A DNA stretch of 64,000 nucleotides from an uncultured Chloroflexia bacterium (GTDB taxonomy: Bacteria; Chloroflexota; Anaerolineae; Anaerolineales; Anaerolineaceae). This document shows, in pieces, positions 28,801 through 37,931 of this stretch. Under the pieces are notes generated by a model that ran no database searches, was not told the DNA's origin, and saw only the letters and a list, made by a program, of their open reading frames with translations. Within the stretch, counting starts at the first letter, position 1. Each line of letters starts with the position of its first letter. Location of the stretch: assembly GCA_963702935.1 (NCBI GenBank), contig OY969772.1:2588615-2652614 (forward strand), read 5' to 3'. A program made the translations under genes and the position numbers.

Positions 28801-29103
28801 ATGGACGTGAAATTGTATGTTGGAAATTTGTCGTATAGCGCTACCGAAGACGATCTACGCAACTTGTTTGCCCAGGCAGGCAATGTTACCTCTGTGGCGC
28901 TGATCAAGGATCGTGAAACGGGTACCTCCAGAGGGTTCGCGTTCGTAGAGATGAGCACCCAGGTCGAAGCAGAAAAAGCCATCAGCATGTTCAATAATTA
29001 CAAGCTGGGGAATCGAGAGCTGCGAGTGAACCTGGCGCGCCCCCGGGAAGAGCGTGGCGGCCCCGGCAAGCGTGGTGGCGGCGGCGGATACGACCGTTAC
29101 TAA
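28801..29103 (+). CDS. RRM-type RNA-binding protein with Gly-rich tail
   Basis: KLYVGNLSY (RNP-2) and RGFAFVEM (RNP-1), then C-terminal GGPGKRGGGGGYDRY. Confidence 0.9.
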   Translation: MDVKLYVGNLSYSATEDDLRNLFAQAGNVTSVALIKDRETGTSRGFAFVEMSTQVEAEKAISMFNNYKLGNRELRVNLARPREERGGPGKRGGGGGYDRY

Positions 29104-29191
29104 GATAAAATCAATCAAATAGGGTTCCGGGTCCCCCCTCCAGGCGGGGCCCGGCATCGAGTGGATTCCATGCCGGCAAGAGGAGCATTTT

Positions 29192-29779
29192 ATGATATTC
29201 AAGATCGGCGAGACAGTCGTCCATTATGCTCATGGTGTGGGCCAGATCATGGGAATCGAAGAGAAGGCTTTCTTTGATTCGCCATCGCGCCAGTATTACG
29301 TGATCTCAATTCAAAACGGCACCTTGTGGGTGCCTGTGGAAGCGCGGGAAGACGCCGGCTTACGCGTTTTATCTCAAAAGGGGGATTTTAAGAGCTATCG
29401 GCTTTCCCTGAAAAGCCAACCTGCGGCGCTCGAGCACGATTTTCGCAAACGCCGGTCAGAGCTGGCGGAACGATTGAAGGAAGGCACTTTCCAGTCGATG
29501 TGTGACATCGTGCGCGACCTGACCGCTCTGAGCTGGCACAAGCCGTTGAGCGAAGCGGACGCCACCCTTTTGAGGAAGATCCAGGAGAATATGTGCCAGG
29601 AATGGGCGGCCTCGAACGGCATTTCCGTGGCAGACGCCTCCAAGGAGATCGAAATCGCTCTTGATGGAAGCCCGGAAATCCTACAGCGTCTAGCGGGTCA
29701 TTTCTTCTTGTCCAGCTCCTCCAGAATTTCGAGGTCGCGGCGCAGGTTGCGGTTGCGCACTGCCAGGCTGACCAAATAG
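29192..29779 (+). CDS. CarD/CdnL/TRCF-RID family transcription factor; C-terminus doubtful
   Basis: FKIGETVVHYAHGVGQIMGIEEK...YYVISI is the CarD_TRCF N-terminal domain. The last 27 or so codons (GHFFLSSSSRISRSRRRLRL...) run antisense to ccmD and look non-coding. Confidence 0.7.
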   Translation: MIFKIGETVVHYAHGVGQIMGIEEKAFFDSPSRQYYVISIQNGTLWVPVEAREDAGLRVLSQKGDFKSYRLSLKSQPAALEHDFRKRRSELAERLKEGTFQSMCDIVRDLTALSWHKPLSEADATLLRKIQENMCQEWAASNGISVADASKEIEIALDGSPEILQRLAGHFFLSSSSRISRSRRRLRLRTARLTK

Positions 29780-29865
29780 ACCAGCATAATGATGAAAATC
29801 ACCGCGAAGCCGGCGATCATATAATTCAGGGTGTTGGCAGGTTCTGCCAGAATAGAAAGAGTCAC
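29698..29865 (-). CDS. ccmD: CcmD-like heme exporter small subunit (55 aa; below the ORF-track size cut-off)
   Basis: My translation: GTG 29865 after AGGAGA gives VTLSILAEPANTLNYMIAGFAVIFIIMLVYLVSLAVRNRNLRRDLEILEELDKKK. One TM helix and a basic tail. It sits 19 nt downstream of ccmC. Confidence 0.65.
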   Translation of the reverse strand: MTLSILAEPANTLNYMIAGFAVIFIIMLVYLVSLAVRNRNLRRDLEILEELDKKK

Positions 29866-29883
29866 GGGTACTTCTCCTGAAAG

Positions 29884-30627
29884 TCACTCGCTCAATTTGA
29901 GTTTAAGCTGCTCGACCGTGTCGGCCAGCCTGCCAAGGCGGATGCGGTGCCATAAAAGGTCTACAAACAAGACCGTGAAGGTAAGCAGGCTGAACATAAA
30001 AGTCTGCAACATTCTGGGGCTCATTTCGAAGGTACCCTGGGCGGACGGATCGCCGCCGCCGATCACCACCGGGTGGATGGTGCGGAAGATGCGGATGGAC
30101 AGGAAGGTGAGCGGCACGCTTACGAAACCGATGATGGCGTAGACCGCCCCGAAGCGTGCGCGCCGGTCCGGGTCTTCGATGCCCTGGCGCAGCATGAGAT
30201 AGGCGGCGTACACCAGCTCCATGATCGTAGTCGTGGTGAGGCGCGGATCCCAGGTCCACCAGGTGTTCCAAATCGGGCGCGCCCAAATCGAGCCGGAGAT
30301 GATCGTAATCAGGGCGAAGGTCATGCCGATCTCGATGGCCGCCATCTCGACCAGGTCCCATTTGTGGTTTCCCGTGCGCAGGAAGATGCCCCCTACCACG
30401 GCGGCCACCAGAAAGCCCAGCATACCCACCCAGGCGGCGGATACGTGGAAATAGAAAACTTTCTGCACCATCCCCATGACGGCCTCTTCCGGGGCATAGA
30501 AGAAGACCAGGGCCGTCGCGATGAGGAAAATAGCGGCGGTTACGAAATCCAGGACAACCAGTAAGCGGGGTTTAGTCGGTAGATCGGTTTGCATTTCAGC
30601 ACCTCCAAGGCGAATTCCTTCACTCAC
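29884..30627 (-). CDS. ccmC: heme exporter protein CcmC
   Basis: WARPIWNTWWTWDPRLT is the W-rich WGxxWxWDxRLT heme-handling motif. Polytopic. Confidence 0.9.
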   Translation of the reverse strand: MSEGIRLGGAEMQTDLPTKPRLLVVLDFVTAAIFLIATALVFFYAPEEAVMGMVQKVFYFHVSAAWVGMLGFLVAAVVGGIFLRTGNHKWDLVEMAAIEIGMTFALITIISGSIWARPIWNTWWTWDPRLTTTTIMELVYAAYLMLRQGIEDPDRRARFGAVYAIIGFVSVPLTFLSIRIFRTIHPVVIGGGDPSAQGTFEMSPRMLQTFMFSLLTFTVLFVDLLWHRIRLGRLADTVEQLKLKLSE

Positions 30628-30653
30628 CCCGTTCCTGGTTGGCCGGGATGAGG

Positions 30654-31427
30654 TTATTCCTCCACTACGTAATCGAACACCATAAAAGCGATGGCCACGA
30701 AGATGACGTCATACACGATGAGCAAATTGAGCCAGGGCCAGATATCGCTCATGGCCAGGCCCTGAAGATACCCGCTGCTGGCCTTGACCGCGGCCACCAG
30801 CACGGGGATGGCCACCGGGAAGAGCAGAATGGGCAAGAGCATGTCGCGCGTGCGCGCCTGAACCGCCATGCTGGCCAGCAAGGTGCCCACCGCTACGTAT
30901 CCGATGGAGCCTAATAAGACCACCAGCAACAATCCCGGCTGCAGGGCGTTGATATTGTAAAGGAGGCTGTAAACCGGCAGGACGATGGCGGCCATGACCA
31001 GCATGAACACCAGGTTGCCGATGGCCTTGCCGAAGTAGATCGCGCTGCGGTCGACCGGGGCCAGCAGCAGGCCGTCGAGGCAGCCGCGGTCTTTCTCAAC
31101 GGCCATGGAGCGGTTCAAGCCGAGCGTCCCGGCAAAGACGAAGGTGACCCACAGCACCCCTGAGGTCACGTTGGCGCGCGCGGTGGCATCCAGCTCGAGG
31201 GCAAAGTTAAAGATCAGGATGACCAGCAAGGCGAACACCAGCATGGCCGAGAGCAGCTCCCGGCTGCGCAATTCGGCGGCAAGGTCTTTCCACACCACGG
31301 CAGCCATAGCGCGCAGGAAAGGTGTGGCGGCCCCCACGCGCCGGCCGGACGCCGCCGGCGCCTCCGCGCCTGGTCGCAGGCTCTCCTCTACCGGCGCGGA
31401 CACCGGCTCGTTGTGCGGCGCGCTCAC
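30654..31427 (-). CDS. ccmB: heme exporter protein CcmB
   Basis: The C-terminal 257 aa of track ORF 30654..32129 are polytopic (FNFALELD...GLNRSMAVEKDRGCLDGLLLAPVDRSAIYFGK). GTG 31427 overlaps the corrected ccmA stop as GTGA. Confidence 0.8.
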   Translation of the reverse strand: MSAPHNEPVSAPVEESLRPGAEAPAASGRRVGAATPFLRAMAAVVWKDLAAELRSRELLSAMLVFALLVILIFNFALELDATARANVTSGVLWVTFVFAGTLGLNRSMAVEKDRGCLDGLLLAPVDRSAIYFGKAIGNLVFMLVMAAIVLPVYSLLYNINALQPGLLLVVLLGSIGYVAVGTLLASMAVQARTRDMLLPILLFPVAIPVLVAAVKASSGYLQGLAMSDIWPWLNLLIVYDVIFVAIAFMVFDYVVEE

Positions 31428-32129
31428 GCCGGCTTCTCCAGCGCCTGGCGGTAGAAGGCCGGCAGGCCGTCCGGCGCGAGCTGCTCTTTGCGGATGGAAG
31501 CGCAGATCACGCCGCGAGAGAGTACATCGAAGCGTGAAGCCAGGTCGGCGGCGCGCGTCAGGTCGTGCGAGGTCATGACCACCGTGCGGCCGCGAGCGCC
31601 TACCTGTTGCATCACCGAGTTCGAGCATCTGGCAGGCGTCCTGGTCCAGCCCGGTGTGCGGCTCGTCGAGCAGCAGCACTTCAGGCTCGTGCAGCACGGC
31701 CCGCCCGATTGCCAGGCGCTGCTGCATCCCGCGCGAGAAGGTGCGCACCAGGTCGCGGCGGCGGGGCGCCAGGCCCACCAGGTCTAGCACCGCGGCAATG
31801 CGCTGCTCCAGGCCGTCCACGGCGTACATGCGCCCGTAGAAGCGCAGGTTTTCTTCGGCGGTCAGCTCACCGTACAGCAAAGGCAAGTGCGAGACCACTC
31901 CCAGGCGGCGGCGCACCGCCGCCGATTGGTCGGGCAGGCGATAACCCGCGATACGCACCTCTCCAAGCGCCGGCCGCGACAGGGAAGCCAGGATGCGCAG
32001 GAAGGTGGTCTTGCCGGCACCGTTGGGGCCCAGCAAAGCCACGAACTCGCCCTGCTCGACGTGGAAATCCAGGTTGCGCAGCACGGTCTTGGGGCCGAAG
32101 CGTTTGACGAGGTGCCGGACTTCGATCAT
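31424..32129 (-). pseudogene. ccmA: heme ABC exporter ATPase CcmA; frameshifted as assembled
   Basis: GPNGAGKTT, FSRGMQQRLAIGRA and LLLDEPHTGLDQDA. After ...CQMLEL the sense continues in ORF 31424..31615 as MQQVGARGRTVVMTSHDLTRA (H-loop). One extra base at about 31615. Confidence 0.85.
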
Positions 32130-32132
32130 AGG

Positions 32133-34070
32133 CTATTCGAGCTTCATGGCCTGCTTCAATTGGGCTTTCAGCTCGCTGCGCCGCTGCATGTAGGCTTCTT
32201 GAGGGAGCTTACCGGCCCGATAGAGGTCGTCCAGAGCCGCAATGGCGTCCATCAGTGAGTCTGCGTCCGGAGCGGCGGCTTCCGGCGGGGCGTCGCTGGC
32301 CTGGGGAGCCGGCTTCAGCTTGCGCTGCTTGAAGTAAAGCCACAGGCTCGACCCGGTCAGCGCCAACACCAGCACGATCCCGCCGATGAGGATGTTTAAA
32401 GCTGAGCCGGGGCTGCTCGCTGCGCCGGAAGCGCTCTGGTCGGCCTTGCCCGATAGGGCCAGCTTCAGGGTGCTGCCCAGGTTTAGCTCGCCGCTGGTAA
32501 ACACGTGGAAATTCATGCCCTGCACGGTCTGCTGCCCGGAATCCTGGAGCTGGCTGCTCTGCATGGATACGCCGGCGTCCGGCAGCATCACTACCGCCGC
32601 CTTGACCGGCAGGCTGACGGGGATATCCACAGAGAGCTTGTTCGGATAGGGCAGGTCGTAGGCGAACAACACCTGGTGCTGGGCGCTGCCGGGCTGGACG
32701 CCCAGGGTATCCCCAAAGCCATTGGGGGTCTGGACGTAGCGCTGGCCGATGGTGCTGTCCTGAAACTGGAGGTTGGAAGCGCCCGCAGGCAGATCGAAGG
32801 TGAGCACGGCCTGGCCCGCTTGGGGAGCCACGACGACCTTGTTGGTGGGGTTCGAGATAATGTACAGCTCCACCACTTGCATCGTATCGGGCTTGCTGAA
32901 GTCCAGAAATACGTGCATGCGGTCCGCGCTGAGCACGGAAGTATCGGTGCTGGTATCGTAGATCGTGACCGGCATAGTCAGCGTGTCGCTTCCACTTTGC
33001 GGGTTGGCCACGTCCGAGCTGAAGGTCGTCCCGTTGACCTCCACTGAAGCCAGGAATACTCGCCCGGTGAGCATCTCCACGTTGGAGAAGCTGTAAGTGT
33101 CATCCGCCTGGAGGGGCGCGGTGACTTTATAGGTGGGCTGCATATTGTCGAACCCTTGCAGGGTGACGGTCAGCCCGGAAGGCACGCTCCCCCCGGAACC
33201 GTTGGTGATTTTTCCGCTTACCGAAATTTGGCTGACGACGGGCGTTCCACTGCTGGCCGGGGTGGGAGCTGCGGCGCTGCTCTCGGGAGTATTGGCCGGC
33301 GGGGTGAGCGTTCCGCTGGTGGGCGAGCCGGTGGTCGCGGCGGCCAACTGCTTTTGCGGGCCGCTGGCAAAGGTCAGCGCGCGCAGGTAAGCGGTCACGG
33401 CCCACGTCTGGTCCTGGCTAAGGTTGCTGGCGAAGGCCGGCATAGAGGAGCCCTTGCCGTTAGCGATCGTATCGTAGAGGTTCTGTTGGGACAACTGCGA
33501 CATGGCTTCCTGGCCGGTTAGATCCAGTGGGGCAGGGGCGAGGCTGGCTGCCTGCGGCCCGTCGCCCTTGCCTTGCGGCCCGTGGCACCCGGCGCAGCTC
33601 GCCTGGTAGAGGCTCTGGCCTTGCGCGAGGACGTCGGGCGACGCGCTCAGCGAGTAGACGTAAGCCAGCACGTCCCAGCGATCCTTGTCGCTCAGGCTCC
33701 CCGAAAAACCGGGCATGAAGCGCGCCAGGTCGCCCTGGGTGATGATCGTGTACCAGTCGGCCGGCACGGATTGGCGCGCCACGTCGGGAGAGCCAATGGC
33801 TGTGGGGGGATTGGGCAAATTGGCCGCCTGTGGGCCGTCCCCTAATCCGCTGTCCCCATGGCAGGGCGCGCATTTTTCCGCATAAATAGGCGCACCCAGG
33901 GAGGGGTCTGGCGACACCAACGGGTAGGTCGGCCCGATATTGGCCGCCTGGGGAGCGGTGGGAGACTGGTAATTGGGGGGCGGAGTGACGTCGGCGGCCA
34001 GAGAACAGGCGGTCAGGGGAAGCAAAGCGAGCAAGGCGAGCAGGGGGAAAAATTTACGGAAAGAATTCAT
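32133..34070 (-). CDS. lipoprotein-type diheme c-type cytochrome fused to an extracytoplasmic beta-rich domain and a C-terminal TM anchor
   Basis: Signal/lipobox LLALLPLTAC. Two CxxCH motifs (CAPCHG, CAGCHG). An Ig-like region of about 300 aa, then TM ILIGGIVLVLALTGSSLWLYF and a charged tail. Confidence 0.85.
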   Translation of the reverse strand: MNSFRKFFPLLALLALLPLTACSLAADVTPPPNYQSPTAPQAANIGPTYPLVSPDPSLGAPIYAEKCAPCHGDSGLGDGPQAANLPNPPTAIGSPDVARQSVPADWYTIITQGDLARFMPGFSGSLSDKDRWDVLAYVYSLSASPDVLAQGQSLYQASCAGCHGPQGKGDGPQAASLAPAPLDLTGQEAMSQLSQQNLYDTIANGKGSSMPAFASNLSQDQTWAVTAYLRALTFASGPQKQLAAATTGSPTSGTLTPPANTPESSAAAPTPASSGTPVVSQISVSGKITNGSGGSVPSGLTVTLQGFDNMQPTYKVTAPLQADDTYSFSNVEMLTGRVFLASVEVNGTTFSSDVANPQSGSDTLTMPVTIYDTSTDTSVLSADRMHVFLDFSKPDTMQVVELYIISNPTNKVVVAPQAGQAVLTFDLPAGASNLQFQDSTIGQRYVQTPNGFGDTLGVQPGSAQHQVLFAYDLPYPNKLSVDIPVSLPVKAAVVMLPDAGVSMQSSQLQDSGQQTVQGMNFHVFTSGELNLGSTLKLALSGKADQSASGAASSPGSALNILIGGIVLVLALTGSSLWLYFKQRKLKPAPQASDAPPEAAAPDADSLMDAIAALDDLYRAGKLPQEAYMQRRSELKAQLKQAMKLE

Positions 34071-34112
34071 ATCAAGCAGTGACGGCGAGCCAGAGATATT
34101 TCCTTTGCGAGA

Positions 34113-34661
34113 TTAGTTGGTTTGCAGGGTTGTGCCGCAGCGGGGACAGAACTTATCTGACTTCACCACCGGGTTGCCGCAGCGCGGGCAGAAGCCGGCG
34201 GCTCCCTCCTGGCGCTTATTGCGGCGGGCGGAAATCATGCGTTCCAGATCGTCGTCTGCCAGGGGGCCGGCGGCCGAGACTGCCGTGGCGACCAGTACGC
34301 GGCGGGCGGCAATGGCCTCCTCGATGCGATCTTCAGCGGCTTGTTCGACGGCGCTGGCGTCTTGTTGCAGGCTGTCCAGTTTTCGCAGCACCTCCACACC
34401 TTCTTTGATCAGGTTCGCGCGTTGCGGCGGATATTCATCTTCCGGGATCTTCCCCAGCGCGTGGTCGAAATCCAGCTCCGCGAGGGAATTCAACAGGCGA
34501 TCCTGTTCGGCCAACAGGGTGGATCGTTGGTGTTCTTTTTCTTCGACGGCTTGCAGGCTCACGGGTTGCTCGGTGGAATTACCCCCCAGAAACGGACGGG
34601 TCACAAAGAGGGTGACCAGCAAGATCACCGCGAGGATCAAGAACAACGCGCCAATATCCAT
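34113..34661 (-). CDS. CcmI-N-terminal-like membrane protein fused to a C-terminal zinc ribbon
   Basis: N-terminal TM. LLAEQDRLLNSLAELDFDHALGKIPEDEY resembles the CcmI N-terminal module. C-terminus FCPRCGNPVVKSDKFCPRCG. Confidence 0.6.
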   Translation of the reverse strand: MDIGALFLILAVILLVTLFVTRPFLGGNSTEQPVSLQAVEEKEHQRSTLLAEQDRLLNSLAELDFDHALGKIPEDEYPPQRANLIKEGVEVLRKLDSLQQDASAVEQAAEDRIEEAIAARRVLVATAVSAAGPLADDDLERMISARRNKRQEGAAGFCPRCGNPVVKSDKFCPRCGTTLQTN

Positions 34662-34682
34662 GAATTTCTCCGTGAAGCAGCC

Positions 34683-35285
34683 TCATTGCAGGGAAGGATC
34701 GCTGCGAACCTTCTCGATAGCAGCTTTGATCTCGTCAACCGAATTGAACGGGCCGATCTGGGCAAAGCCCAGCTTGCCGGACGGGCTGATGATATAGGTC
34801 TCGGGTACACCGGTAATGCGGAAGGCCTGCGAAATGCGGGTGCCCAGGTCTGGGCCGTTGGGGTAGGTAATATTGAACTTCGACAGGTAAGCCTTGGCTT
34901 CCGGCTCGGTGTCTACGTAATCGGCTCCCAGGAAAACCACCTGACCCCCCGGCTTGTAAAGCTCGTAAGCCGTTTGCAGGTCGGGGGCCTCGCCTTCGCA
35001 AGGCGTGCACCACGACGCCCAGAAATTGAGCACGATGATTTTGCCCTTCAGATCGTCCGTATGGATGGTTTGGCCGTCGAAGGTGGTCAGCACCAGAGGC
35101 GGGATCTTCTGCCCGACCACGATAGAACCCTGCTGCGCCCGCTCGAGTCCCTGGAAGATCAGCACCAGGAAACCGAGCAGCACGGCAAAGGCCAGCACGA
35201 TGACCCACACAGGCAGCCTGCGAGTCGTCTTTTCCGGTTGGGTGAGCTCAGGATGGATTTCAGTCATAGAGGTGATTTCCTTCAA
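34683..35285 (-). CDS. ccmG: thiol:disulfide oxidoreductase, CcmG/DsbE/TlpA family
   Basis: N-terminal TM and NFWASWCTPCEGE thioredoxin motif. Located within the ccm cluster. Confidence 0.85.
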   Translation of the reverse strand: MKEITSMTEIHPELTQPEKTTRRLPVWVIVLAFAVLLGFLVLIFQGLERAQQGSIVVGQKIPPLVLTTFDGQTIHTDDLKGKIIVLNFWASWCTPCEGEAPDLQTAYELYKPGGQVVFLGADYVDTEPEAKAYLSKFNITYPNGPDLGTRISQAFRITGVPETYIISPSGKLGFAQIGPFNSVDEIKAAIEKVRSDPSLQ

Positions 35286-35818
35286 GATTGCTCGCGCTTG
35301 CGCAGCTCTTCTTCCAGACGCCGGCGATACACGTCATCCTCACCGCCGGCGACCCCGGCGCCGTTATTCCTGCCTGGTATGGCGCTCCCTCCCACCTGGG
35401 CGGCGCGGCGCATGCTCCGCAAAACATTGTACAACAAAAATGCCCCGCCCAGGATGACTACCGGCGGAAGGATGTAGACCAGCCAGTTCAAGCCTTTGGC
35501 GGGCGGTTCTGCCAGGACGCGGTCGCCGTATTGGGCGACGAAATAATCCTTGATCTGTGGCTCGCTCCAGCCGGCGGCCAGCTTCTGGCGGATCAGGTCA
35601 CGCCACTGGGCGCAAGCTTGCGTCGGGCAGACGTCCAGGGGAACGTTTTCGCATACCGGGCAGTACAGGCCCTTGGCCACGGCGTTCACCTGGTCGTCCG
35701 AGGGGGTGGGTTGTTGGGCGTAGGCGCTGGCAGTCCATACCAGTCCCCACCCCAGGGCCATGGCGAAGGCCAGCCACAGGCTGATCGGCTTGATCATTCT
35801 TTCAGACAATCCTTCCAT
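35282..35818 (-). CDS. ccmH: cytochrome c maturation protein CcmH/NrfF family
   Basis: LYCPVCENVPLDVC matches the LRCxxCQNQSL-type CxxC motif. Signal peptide plus a C-terminal TM. Confidence 0.8.
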   Translation of the reverse strand: MEGLSERMIKPISLWLAFAMALGWGLVWTASAYAQQPTPSDDQVNAVAKGLYCPVCENVPLDVCPTQACAQWRDLIRQKLAAGWSEPQIKDYFVAQYGDRVLAEPPAKGLNWLVYILPPVVILGGAFLLYNVLRSMRRAAQVGGSAIPGRNNGAGVAGGEDDVYRRRLEEELRKREQS

Positions 35819-35819
35819 C

Positions 35820-37880
35820 TTAAGCTTTGCCGGGCACGACGGCCCCCACGGGCGCTTTCATTTTGGCTGCCTCGGCTTCCCTTTCAGGCCAGGCCGCTAC
35901 CAGCGCGCCGATGATGAAGACGAAGCCGCCCAGCCACATCCAATTGACCAGCGGGTTGTGGAACACCTTGAAGGTGGCTCCCTGGGAAGAGATCGGTTGC
36001 CAGTCCACCAGCAGCACGTACACGTCGTCTTGCATCGTGCTGCGCACGCCGGGAATGGTCATGGGCTGCTGCGATTCGTAATAATAATCGCGGCGCGGGT
36101 AGAGCTCGGTCAGCGTGCGGCCGTTCTGGCTGACCGTCACCACGGCGCGAGCCACGTTGCGCCCATCGTTGGTGTCGAATTGCGCCAGCGAGTTGTAGGT
36201 GATGCTGTACCCGTCGATCTGCAGAGATTGGCCTTGCTTGAGCGTGCCCTGCGTTTGGGTCTGGAACATATTGATGCCGATCACGCCCAGGGCCATCATG
36301 ACCACCCCCAGGTGGATGATGTAGCCCCCGTAACGCCGGCGGTTGCGTCCCGCCAGGTGCCAGAAGGCCAGCGGCAGGGCTTCGCCGGTGGCGCGGCGGC
36401 GCGCCCAGACCGCGCGCCCGTATTCGTACAGGGTGACGAAAGTCACGAAAAAGACCAGCCAGAAGCCCAGCAAGGCGGCCCACAGGGTGATGTTCCCGAC
36501 GAAGATGACCAGCAACAAGGCCAGCACGGAGGCGATGAAGGGCTTCCACACGGCTTTGCCCAGCGTCTTTAAGGTGGAATGGTGCCAGGCGGCCAGCGGG
36601 GCAATGCCCATCAACAGCAACAGACCCGCGAAGAGCGGGCCGGTGGCGCGTTCATAGAAGGGCGGGCCTACCGTCACCTTTTGCCCGGTGAACAGCTCGG
36701 AGATGAGCGGGAAGATCACTCCCCAGAAGCACACCACCAGAATGCCCATGAAGAGCAGATTATTGAAGAGGAACAGCGACTCGCGGGAAAGCAGCGAGGA
36801 CATCCCGCCTTCGGAGCGCAGATCGTTCCAACGGTAGAGCAGCAGCCCCAGGGAGATGGCGAAGGTTACGCCGATGAAGACGAAGAACAGCGGGCCGATG
36901 GAGCTTTCGGCGAAAGCGTGTACCGAGGAGAGCACGCCCGAGCGCGTCAGGAAAGTCCCGAAGATGACCAGGTCGTAAGTGAGGATGATGAGGATCATGT
37001 TCCAGCGCTTCATCATGCCGCGCTTTTCCTGAATCATGACCGAGTGCAGGAAAGCTGTACCGGCCAGCCAGGGCATCAACGCGGCGATCTCCACCGGGTC
37101 CCAGCCCCAGTAACCGCCCCAGCCCAGCACGTCGTAGGCCCAGCGCATTCCCAGCACCAGCCCCAGCGAGAGGAACAGCCAGGCCACCAGCGTCCAGCGC
37201 CGGGTCAGGCGGATCCAGCGGTCATCCGTGCGCCCGGTGACCAGGGCGGCCACGGCGAAGGCGTAGGGGATGACGAAGGAGACAAAGCCCAGGTAGAGCA
37301 TGGGCGGGTGGATGATCATGCCGGGGTGGCGTAGCAAGGGGTTCAGGCCGTTCCCATCTTGCGGGACGATCATGCTGGCGCCGGCCGGCTGGAACATGGC
37401 CGTGACCTGCTGGCCGGTCGAGGTCTGCCAGAGGCGCACGAAGGGGTTCCCCGCGAAAATGATCAGGCCCAGGAAGAAGGCCAGGGTCACCAGGCACACC
37501 ACGACCACCCAGGGCAGGAACTCGCGGTCCCGATCCCATTTGCGCAGGGTGGCGGCCGAAGCGAAGGAAGACATCAGCCAGGCCCAGAAGACCAGCGAGC
37601 CGGCCTGCCCGCCCCACAGGGCGGTCACTTTCAGGTAGGTGGGCATGCTGAGGCTGGTGACCGAATAAACGTATTCCACCTCGAAATGGTTGGTGAGCAA
37701 GAGATAAATGATGCTCAAGGCTGAAAGCGTGATCAACGGCCAGGTGAGCATCATGGCCGAGCGCGCGCTTTCTACCCAGGCATAGGAATTCTTGAGTATT
37801 CCATAAACTGCCGCGACGATCCCATAGATCGCCAGCAGGAAGGTGATCACCAAGACGCCGTATCCGAAAATTGCTATCAT
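35820..37880 (-). CDS. ccmF: cytochrome c heme lyase subunit CcmF
   Basis: 686 aa, polytopic. WGGYWGWDPVE W-rich motif. Confidence 0.9.
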   Translation of the reverse strand: MIAIFGYGVLVITFLLAIYGIVAAVYGILKNSYAWVESARSAMMLTWPLITLSALSIIYLLLTNHFEVEYVYSVTSLSMPTYLKVTALWGGQAGSLVFWAWLMSSFASAATLRKWDRDREFLPWVVVVCLVTLAFFLGLIIFAGNPFVRLWQTSTGQQVTAMFQPAGASMIVPQDGNGLNPLLRHPGMIIHPPMLYLGFVSFVIPYAFAVAALVTGRTDDRWIRLTRRWTLVAWLFLSLGLVLGMRWAYDVLGWGGYWGWDPVEIAALMPWLAGTAFLHSVMIQEKRGMMKRWNMILIILTYDLVIFGTFLTRSGVLSSVHAFAESSIGPLFFVFIGVTFAISLGLLLYRWNDLRSEGGMSSLLSRESLFLFNNLLFMGILVVCFWGVIFPLISELFTGQKVTVGPPFYERATGPLFAGLLLLMGIAPLAAWHHSTLKTLGKAVWKPFIASVLALLLVIFVGNITLWAALLGFWLVFFVTFVTLYEYGRAVWARRRATGEALPLAFWHLAGRNRRRYGGYIIHLGVVMMALGVIGINMFQTQTQGTLKQGQSLQIDGYSITYNSLAQFDTNDGRNVARAVVTVSQNGRTLTELYPRRDYYYESQQPMTIPGVRSTMQDDVYVLLVDWQPISSQGATFKVFHNPLVNWMWLGGFVFIIGALVAAWPEREAEAAKMKAPVGAVVPGKA

Positions 37881-37931
37881 AGGTTCTCCGGGGATAGGAT
37901 TAGAGACATGCGCACGTGGAAAGCCTCTGAT

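Noticed and set aside
30654-32129. A genuine 491-aa CcmA-CcmB fusion protein
   Set aside because: The central 80 or so residues are nonsense-like. The true CcmA C-terminus (H-loop TSHD) is in the adjacent frame and ends in a GTGA overlap with a normal ccmB start.
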